Part shown: one piece after another, positions 55,222 to 61,588 of the stretch | Position numbering within the stretch: position 1 is the stretch's first letter | Layout: the number at the start of each line of letters is the position of its first letter | From: a virus | Taxonomy: Duplodnaviria > Caudoviricetes | Strand: one strand, 5' to 3' | Virus record (IMG/VR): IMGVR_UViG_3300003312_000001 | Span: 1-61,588 of that record | Length of the DNA stretch: 61,588 bases | The notes under the pieces: generated by a model | What the model saw: the letters and a program-made list of their open reading frames with translations, nothing else | Database searches by the model: none | What the model was told of the DNA's origin: nothing | Made by a program: the position numbers and the translations under genes

Positions 55222-55452
55222 GTGGTGACGACGAAGAGCAAACCGCACGGCCGCTGGTTCAAGTGCCTGGAGAAGTCCCGAGTCGTCTGCGCCGGCCTGC
55301 TCTGGGAGCCCGGCAAGGCGCAAGAGGTGCCCGAAGATGCGGTTCCGATGCTTGACGAGCATCCCGTTTTTGAGCGCGTAGACGCGCCGGCCTCAGCAGA
55401 AAAGGCCGCCGAGAAGGCTGACGAGAAGGAAACGGTGAAGACCAATGGCTGA
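55222..55452 (+). CDS. Small hypothetical protein
   Basis: GAGGTG RBS. Confidence 0.55.
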   Translation: MVTTKSKPHGRWFKCLEKSRVVCAGLLWEPGKAQEVPEDAVPMLDEHPVFERVDAPASAEKAAEKADEKETVKTNG

Positions 55453-56317
55453 GGTTTATTCCGGTTGGGAAGGCAGTCTGCTCTGGAAGGCGGAAGTCAC
55501 GCCCGGTACCCCGGTGGTGCCGGACACAGCGCTCGGCTACGTCAAGAACGTCCAGACGTCCGGCAACTCCGGGCTCGAAGAGGAGGGCGCGGTCGGCACG
55601 TGGAAACCCGCGAGACTCGAAGAAGGCGTGCTCGACATGACGGGATCCTGCGAGTTCCTGCCGATTGACGCGACGGCACTCGGGCTCGCGATGCGCAATA
55701 CCACGACCGGCAAGCTCAGCAGCTACTCCATCCATGCGGGTGGCGGCGGGCCGGGCGTCACGCAGACGGGTGTGAAAGTGAACCAGTTCCGCGGCACGGT
55801 GGATGCCGGCGGCCGGCTGCGCTGCTTCCTGGAGTGGATGGCGCTGGCGGACGCCGACGCGGCGGCAATCGCGGCCGTGGTGCCGACGGCGCAGATGTGG
55901 AACTGGGCGGAGTGCAGTCACAACCTCTCCGGCGAGATCGAGGGGATGGAGTTCACCGTCTCCCACAATGTCCAGCGTGTGCCCGTGATCTCGGGTACGG
56001 GCACTACCCTGCCGGTGCCGACGGCGGCCAGGGCGGCGTATCGCCTGGTCGAAGGGCGTCAGTCCATCCGGGCGACGATGCGTTTCTTCGCGCGTCCGTC
56101 GCAGACGGTTATCGGAGACGTGCTGACCGAGATCGCGTCAATGACACTGATCGCCAAGGCGCACGGATTCGCTGCGCTGTCGATCCCCCAGCTCACGTTC
56201 ACGTTCACTGAAGGCAAACCTGTGCGGCGCGAGAACAGCTTCAGCGAAGACGGGTTGTCCTCCTGGCCGCTCGAACTCGCGTTCAAGAACATGACGGTCG
56301 CATACGCGCTCGTTTAG
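55445..56317 (+). CDS. Major tail tube protein
   Basis: KAEVTPGTP N-terminus; size and synteny. Confidence 0.75.
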   Translation: MAEVYSGWEGSLLWKAEVTPGTPVVPDTALGYVKNVQTSGNSGLEEEGAVGTWKPARLEEGVLDMTGSCEFLPIDATALGLAMRNTTTGKLSSYSIHAGGGGPGVTQTGVKVNQFRGTVDAGGRLRCFLEWMALADADAAAIAAVVPTAQMWNWAECSHNLSGEIEGMEFTVSHNVQRVPVISGTGTTLPVPTAARAAYRLVEGRQSIRATMRFFARPSQTVIGDVLTEIASMTLIAKAHGFAALSIPQLTFTFTEGKPVRRENSFSEDGLSSWPLELAFKNMTVAYALV

Positions 56318-56331
56318 TAAGGTGAGGCTGA

Positions 56332-56901
56332 ATGAGGCAGTTTGGTTTGAGGGATGAAGAGCAGCCCGGCGCTTCGAGCAATTGCGCGCTGGTTGATACG
56401 GCGCAAGATGAAGCGTATCCGCCGGACCGGGAAGCGGTAGGCGATCAGGAGAGCGGCGAGTGGGACTTCAGCGCCGACGCGCTCTTCGTCGATGAAACGC
56501 GGCCGAGGCGCATCGAGGTGCCCGGCCGTCCCGGCGACTGGATCGAAGTGCGGGTGGCGCCGGACACCGTGGCCAAGGGACTCTCGCGGTTCACGAAGAC
56601 GATTGCGCAGTATCAGGCGGGGCGGAACGCGATTAGCAACGAGGCGAGCATCACGTTCGACGGCCGTGAGATGGCGCTCTACAAGCGCCGGGAGTGCATC
56701 ACAAACTTCAGCCTGACCAACCGTTCGACGGGGCAGGTAGTGACGCGACATCCGCGCGACGTGAGGGCCAACGACAGGGTCTACGGCTCCTGGACGGGCA
56801 AGTTCGCCGACTGGGTAGACGAGCAGATTCAGATCGTCAACGGGTGGGATGATGCGGGCCGGGCGGCCCGTGAGCACTTTTCTGACGAGGCTGGCGGCTA
56901 A
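56332..56901 (+). CDS. Tail assembly chaperone (G-like)
   Basis: Between the tube and tape measure genes. Confidence 0.6.
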   Translation: MRQFGLRDEEQPGASSNCALVDTAQDEAYPPDREAVGDQESGEWDFSADALFVDETRPRRIEVPGRPGDWIEVRVAPDTVAKGLSRFTKTIAQYQAGRNAISNEASITFDGREMALYKRRECITNFSLTNRSTGQVVTRHPRDVRANDRVYGSWTGKFADWVDEQIQIVNGWDDAGRAAREHFSDEAGG

Positions 56902-57121
56902 CTACCGCGCCATCCTCGCAGCAGGTGACAGCGGCGGGAGCGGCCCGCCGGTCACGCTCCTGGAAGCGCGGCTGATCGAGCTGCGGGGGTTCCTGGAGAA
57001 GGGCGTGCTCCTCCGGCCCGGGGGGATCGGGGACCAGCATCCCCTTTACGTGGATGCGATGTCGGCGCTGATGTCGGCTGAAGCCGAGTGGATGCAGGAG
57101 CAGCGAAAGCGGCAGGGATGA
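56870..57121 (+). CDS. Tail assembly chaperone extension (T-like)
   Basis: GVLLRPGGIGDQ motif; overlaps the G-like ORF; stop coupled to the TMP start. Confidence 0.5.
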   Translation: MSTFLTRLAANYRAILAAGDSGGSGPPVTLLEARLIELRGFLEKGVLLRPGGIGDQHPLYVDAMSALMSAEAEWMQEQRKRQG

Positions 57122-60100
57122 GCGACAAGGAACTAGCGATCGTACTGCGGGCACGGGCGGACATCGCGCCGGCCTTCAAGCAGCTTGAATCCGCGCTTTT
57201 GAACGTCAACCGTCACCTCGGGACGATCCGAGCGCAGGCGGTAACCTTCCGCGGCACGATGGTAGCGGCGCTCAACGCTGTCCGAGCAGCGGCGACGGGG
57301 ATGGCCATGGGCATCTCGCGCTCCACGCGCCAGAGCGGCATCTCTCTCCTTCGCCTGGCCGAGCAGATGCGCGCGCGGTCTGCCGCGATGTCAGGAGGCG
57401 CGCAGTTTCGCGGCGGCGCGGGCGGGATGCTGCAAGGTATGGCTGCGCGCGCCCTGGGTGGAGCTGGGGCGCTAACCGGCGGGATGGGGGCGGGGCTGCT
57501 GGGCGCGAGCACGGCTATGCCCGCGTTGTTCCGCTCGTTCGGGCAGCTTGGCACGGTGATCCGCAACGTCGCGGGGATCGCGGGCAGTCTCTTCGTGCCG
57601 ATGGTGACGGGGGCGCTGTCTCTGGCGCAGACCATCGGCGGCACACTTATGAGCGCCTTTAACGGGCTGCTCTCTTGGGTCCGGACTGCGGGCGGCGTCA
57701 TCCTGAATTGGCTGCATAAGGCGGCGCTGGGCGGTGCAGCACTGGCGGCGGCAATAGGCGGCGCGGCGGCGCTGGTCGCTCGGCACGGGCTACACATCAA
57801 CGAGTTGTTCAGCAGCGCCCAGATCGGCTTCAGCACATTGCTCAAGAGCTCGTCGCAGGCGACGGGTTTCATGGCTGCCTTGCGCAAGGAAGCGCGGACT
57901 AGCGCTTTCGAGTTTGTGAATCTGGTCGGATGGGCGCAGAGCCTCCTCGCGGCTGGGTACAGACTCAAAGACATCATCCCTACGATGCGAGCGCTTGGAG
58001 ACGCAGCGTTCATCCAGGGCAGCCACGGCGCGGCGGAACGAATGGAGCGGCTCGTGTACGTGTTCCGCGAGGTGATGAACAAGGGCCGCATGATGGGCAG
58101 TGAGATCATGCAGATGGCGAGTGCGGGGATCAACGCGCGCGCGCTGCTCAAGATCCCTCAGGGCCAGGATGTTGGGCTGCTAGACATATCAGGAGCTGCA
58201 GCCATCCCGCGCCTCATCGCTGGCATACAGAACCAGTTCGGGGGAATGCAGGCGAAGCTCGCCGAGACGATGACGGTCACCATTTCCAACATTCACGACG
58301 CCTGGAACGATTTCACAGCGCAGATTACTGAGGGGTTTTGGAAGAGTTGGACGCGCGCGCTCCAGGGCGTGCTCAAGATGTTCAACTCGATGAACGAGAG
58401 CGTGGCCGGCAAGAAGCTGATCGGGATGCTGACCAGTGGCTTTGATGCGCTGGGGGTGTTCGTAGAGAAGCTCGCGGGGCAGCTCCCCACGCTGACCGAG
58501 CAACTCGTCGATTTCCTCACGGGCGAACGCTGGCTGCGCTTCCTCGCCACGGCGCGCGCCGTCTTCGACGAGATCATGGCGGCGGCGGGCCGGCTCATCG
58601 CTTGGTTCATCGGGGCGTGGCCGTCGATGTGGTCTACGGCGCAGGGCGTGGCCGTCTCGGCGGTGCGCGTGATCGGCGGCGGCATCAGCGGCCTTATCGA
58701 GGTAGTGCGCGAGTTCTGGGGCAGCCTGGGTACCGGCGACAGCATCTGGGTGCGTTTCGCTCAGGCCGGCCTCGCCGTCATCCGGATGCTCATCCTCGCC
58801 GTCGGCGAGCTGTCCGCGCAGCTCATCGGCGCGCTCCACCCGTCGAAGATCATCGGCGACTTCGTGTCGAAGAAGTTCGGGGGCGTTTGGGGGAGTGAGG
58901 CGGCCAAGCATTTCGGCGGCGGAACGGTGCCGATCATGCAGGCTGCCGCGCGCGGTGGAGCCGGCCTGGCGGCGGCGGGCGTGGGTTCGATCAACCCTTT
59001 GCAGATCGTCGCGGCGATTAAGCCGGCTTTGGCGCAGATCGGTAGCGCGATGGTGCCCGCCAATCTCGCGGCTGCGGGACAGCGCGGATTCAACGCTTTC
59101 GGCGCGGGGATGGACGACTTCATGGCGCGTGTGGCGGGCAACGCTGACGCGCACTTACGAGGGATGCGCGCAGGGATCGGGCCTGCGGTGGCGGCAGCCT
59201 CGGGGTTGGCTCCGGCGCACGACATGTCCGGGCGCGGAGGTGGTGCTGGTGGCGGGGCCGGAGCAGCAGGCGGGCTGCCGCCGCTGGACTTCACGAAGAA
59301 GGCCAAGCCCGAGTCGGTGGCGCAGATCCTCTCCCTGACGGAGAGCATCATAGACGCGACGAAGGAAGGCGTGACGCTTGCCCAGGAGCAGGCAGCGGCG
59401 ATGGGCAACCAGCGCGAGGCCGCGATGCACGTCCTGCGCGTCCTGGAGCAGCAGGTCGGCTCGCTCAAGGCGGCAGAGCACGAGCAGCTTCGCTTGCTGG
59501 CCGTGACGCAGCCGTGGTCCGCCGACTGGATCAAGATCGCGAAAGCCGTCAGCGAGACCCGCAAGGAGATGCTCGGTGCGCGAGCTGCGGCGCGTGACCT
59601 AGCGGTGGACACGTCGAGGATAAGCGCGGCTCTCTCCACGTCGGAGAAGATGATGTCGCTGGCGCGGGATGCGGGGATGTCGAACGGCGCGGTGCAGTCC
59701 ATCGCGGCCGAGCAGCAGGGCATCCTCACGCAGCTCCTTTCGATGGAGCGTTCCCGGCTCGGGATGGTGGAAGCCGGGACCGAACAGTGGCACAAGCAGC
59801 GCGGGGTCATCGTCGATATCGTGTCGAAATTCGTCACGCTGCGGAAAGAGATCCAGGAAGCCAACGGCGAGGCCGGTAGGTTCCGTCCGTTTATGCCGGC
59901 GACACCCTTCGGGGTGCGCGGCGTGGGGCCGGAGATGGGGATGGGACCATCCGCCGGGGTGACCGGCCTGGCGAGGATGGCGGGCGAGATGCTGCGGCAG
60001 GCGTTGTCCGCTCCGTCCGGCGGACCGGGGATGCTGGCGACGGCTCCCGCAGGCGCGGGGCTGGTGGTGTCCCCGATGGCGACGATCAACGTTTCGACGC

Positions 60101-60213
60101 TCAACGACCTGACGACTATCGAGCAGGTGGCGCGCCGAGCGGCGGATCAGTCGGTAGACAAGGCGGTCCGGCGGCTGACGAGCATCGCGCGGGATCGCGG
60201 CCAGACGCGTTAG
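57118..60213 (+). CDS. Tape measure protein
   Basis: 1031 aa Ala/Gly-rich; tape-measure domain (SAFEF...IIPTMRALGDA...KGRMMGSEIMQM). Confidence 0.92.
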   Translation: MSDKELAIVLRARADIAPAFKQLESALLNVNRHLGTIRAQAVTFRGTMVAALNAVRAAATGMAMGISRSTRQSGISLLRLAEQMRARSAAMSGGAQFRGGAGGMLQGMAARALGGAGALTGGMGAGLLGASTAMPALFRSFGQLGTVIRNVAGIAGSLFVPMVTGALSLAQTIGGTLMSAFNGLLSWVRTAGGVILNWLHKAALGGAALAAAIGGAAALVARHGLHINELFSSAQIGFSTLLKSSSQATGFMAALRKEARTSAFEFVNLVGWAQSLLAAGYRLKDIIPTMRALGDAAFIQGSHGAAERMERLVYVFREVMNKGRMMGSEIMQMASAGINARALLKIPQGQDVGLLDISGAAAIPRLIAGIQNQFGGMQAKLAETMTVTISNIHDAWNDFTAQITEGFWKSWTRALQGVLKMFNSMNESVAGKKLIGMLTSGFDALGVFVEKLAGQLPTLTEQLVDFLTGERWLRFLATARAVFDEIMAAAGRLIAWFIGAWPSMWSTAQGVAVSAVRVIGGGISGLIEVVREFWGSLGTGDSIWVRFAQAGLAVIRMLILAVGELSAQLIGALHPSKIIGDFVSKKFGGVWGSEAAKHFGGGTVPIMQAAARGGAGLAAAGVGSINPLQIVAAIKPALAQIGSAMVPANLAAAGQRGFNAFGAGMDDFMARVAGNADAHLRGMRAGIGPAVAAASGLAPAHDMSGRGGGAGGGAGAAGGLPPLDFTKKAKPESVAQILSLTESIIDATKEGVTLAQEQAAAMGNQREAAMHVLRVLEQQVGSLKAAEHEQLRLLAVTQPWSADWIKIAKAVSETRKEMLGARAAARDLAVDTSRISAALSTSEKMMSLARDAGMSNGAVQSIAAEQQGILTQLLSMERSRLGMVEAGTEQWHKQRGVIVDIVSKFVTLRKEIQEANGEAGRFRPFMPATPFGVRGVGPEMGMGPSAGVTGLARMAGEMLRQALSAPSGGPGMLATAPAGAGLVVSPMATINVSTLNDLTTIEQVARRAADQSVDKAVRRLTSIARDRGQTR

Positions 60214-60566
60214 CGGACGCGCTGCCAGTAGGACGTATTGCCTTCTGCGTCTTTGTTCGCGAGGATGATCTTCTGGCCGTCCGGCGTGATCTCGCCGCTT
60301 GTCGTCGCCGGCTCGCCGCCATCCTTGCTGCTTACAATGAGGGTGACCGTGCTGCCGGTTTGGGTCCACGTGATGTCGAACATGGTGCCCATCGCCGCGA
60401 AGGTGCCTTTGCCGCCAGGCTGGAGTTCAATCTCGAAGGGGATCATCACCCACTTCCCTTCGGCCGACGGCGGCTTGCTGATGCTAGGCAGCTTGTTGCA
60501 GCCGGGCGAGAGCAGCGCGAGAGCGAGCACCAGGCAAAGCGCTAGTCGTAGATGCGGCGTGTTCAT
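60210..60566 (-). CDS. Lipoprotein (moron)
   Basis: Signal peptide ending LLSPGC; beta-barrel-like body (GKW...W). Confidence 0.75.
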   Translation of the reverse strand: MNTPHLRLALCLVLALALLSPGCNKLPSISKPPSAEGKWVMIPFEIELQPGGKGTFAAMGTMFDITWTQTGSTVTLIVSSKDGGEPATTSGEITPDGQKIILANKDAEGNTSYWQRVR

Positions 60567-60837
60567 ACCAGCTAGTAACGCTGGACCGGCGGAAAGTCCT
60601 CCATCGGGTGCCCGGGCGTGCTAGAATCCGGCAAGTCCTGCTCGGGTGATACGTACGCCCGTGGCTGGATGGGGGCGCGGGGCGCCCTCCCCTACTGGGG
60701 GATGTGCCAGGGCACTCCGGATTGCTCTGCTTTCGGACAACCCCGCGCTCCACACCATGCCGAGGTCCCCGGACACAGACGGCTCCGGCCGCGCAGGACA
60801 GGTCCACCGGAGCCCCGGGGCCTCGGCTCGGTCGCGC

Positions 60838-60911
60838 GCCGTTGTAGCTCAGTCTGGCAGAGCGGCTACCTCGTAAGTAGCGGGTCGCAGGTTCGAATCC
60901 TGCCGGCGGCT
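60838..60911 (+). tRNA. tRNA-Thr(CGT), CCA not encoded
   Basis: Acceptor GCCGTTG/CGGCGGC, D arm GCTC/GAGC, anticodon GCTAC-CTCGTAA-GTAGC, T arm GCAGG-TTCGAAT-CCTGC. Confidence 0.93.
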
Positions 60912-60915
60912 TCGG

Positions 60916-61269
60916 TTACTGCGGCTTCTCGCCGCTGATCGCATCCCGCGCCGCTTCCACCGCGCGCCTCGCCGCGTGCATCGCGTCTAGCGTCTCCTGG
61001 CAGGGCGTTTCGGCGTAGTCCTCCCGCCGCCAGCGGAACGCCGCCTCTGCTATGGACAGATCAGCCCGACGCATGGCCTCTTCGAGTCCGCTCGCCGCTC
61101 CCTCTCGCACCAGATCATCGACCCGCGCGCGCAGCTTCTCTTCCCGTCGGTTCGCTCCGTCGAGATTAGCCTGCGCCTCACGGATCTTCGCCTGCCAGTG
61201 GCCCGCGTCGTATTGCGCCTTCTTCCAGGCGTGGACGGCTCTGTCGAACTCCGTCTGCTCGTATGCCAT
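60916..61269 (-). CDS. Hypothetical helical protein downstream of ssb
   Basis: Starts immediately after the ssb stop. Confidence 0.6.
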   Translation of the reverse strand: MAYEQTEFDRAVHAWKKAQYDAGHWQAKIREAQANLDGANRREEKLRARVDDLVREGAASGLEEAMRRADLSIAEAAFRWRREDYAETPCQETLDAMHAARRAVEAARDAISGEKPQ

Positions 61270-61272
61270 CAC

Positions 61273-61588
61273 CTACTCACCGGCGAACGGGTCGATGTAG
61301 CCGTCACCGGGAGCCGGCGCAGCGCCAGCAGCCACGGGAGCGCCCCGATCCCCGGCAGGCTTGTCGAGGCCGCGCAGGTTATCGCACACCACTTCGTAGA
61401 CCGTGCGCCGGCCGCCGTCGTTCGCGTCGTAGGTGCGCACCTGCAGCCGGCCTTCAGCCGCGATCAGCCGGCCCTTGCCCAGGTAGTTGGCCGCGAACTC
61501 GGCGCTCTGCCGCCAGGCGACCAGCGTGACGAAGTCGGTTTCTTTCTCGCCATTCGCGCTCTTGAACGGCCGATCTACGGCGATACGC
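61273..61588 (-). CDS. ssb: Single-stranded DNA-binding protein, 3' part (133 aa in total)
   Basis: ...ANYLGKGRLIAAEGRLQVRTYDANDGGRRTVYEVVCDNL...GYIDPFAGE*; OB-fold motifs and acidic DPF tail. Confidence 0.95.
   Translation of the reverse strand, partial: RIAVDRPFKSANGEKETDFVTLVAWRQSAEFAANYLGKGRLIAAEGRLQVRTYDANDGGRRTVYEVVCDNLRGLDKPAGDRGAPVAAGAAPAPGDGYIDPFAGE
61490..61588. repeat. Terminal direct repeat, copy 2
   Basis: Identical to 1-99. Confidence 0.97.

Noticed and set aside
1-61588. CRISPR array, IS element or intron
   Set aside because: No regularly spaced repeats, transposase or interrupted core gene seen by eye

Overview
The window is an apparently complete, circular, high-GC temperate siphovirus-type genome of about 61,489 bp. 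Bases 1-99 repeat exactly at 61490-61588, and an ssb gene runs across that join. It is in the excised (attP) state. It carries a tyrosine integrase beside a 3' fragment of tRNA-Ala(CGC), a CI/Cro-like switch, Sak4-like and Gam-like recombination genes, a primase-polymerase/DUF927 replicase followed by a palindromic iteron origin, a DEAD-box helicase, RuvC, an NPPY methyltransferase, three sigma-like proteins, a DnaN clamp, HK97-type head genes, a lysis cluster, tail genes and a tRNA-Thr(CGT). Five features stand out. (1) A roughly 6 kb operon of a Zn-ribbon protein, SNF2 helicase, IbrA/PAPS-reductase, amidoligase, GNAT, IbrB/ParB and an HTH protein, which looks like an uncharacterised DNA-modification or anti-defence system and has its own repeated promoter/operator. 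(2) An exact bipartite motif CTGCCGAT-N15-TGGGTAGTGGGTG found four times, only at virion genes, a candidate promoter for a phage sigma factor. (3) A perfect GAAC-N4-GTTC LexA-type box on the integrase promoter, paired with a peptidase-less repressor ending in ALAA. (4) A tail module split by about 12.8 kb of accessory DNA. (5) Expanded paralogous small-protein families with conserved ends and swapped middles. All functional calls come from motifs recognised by eye; no database searches were run.
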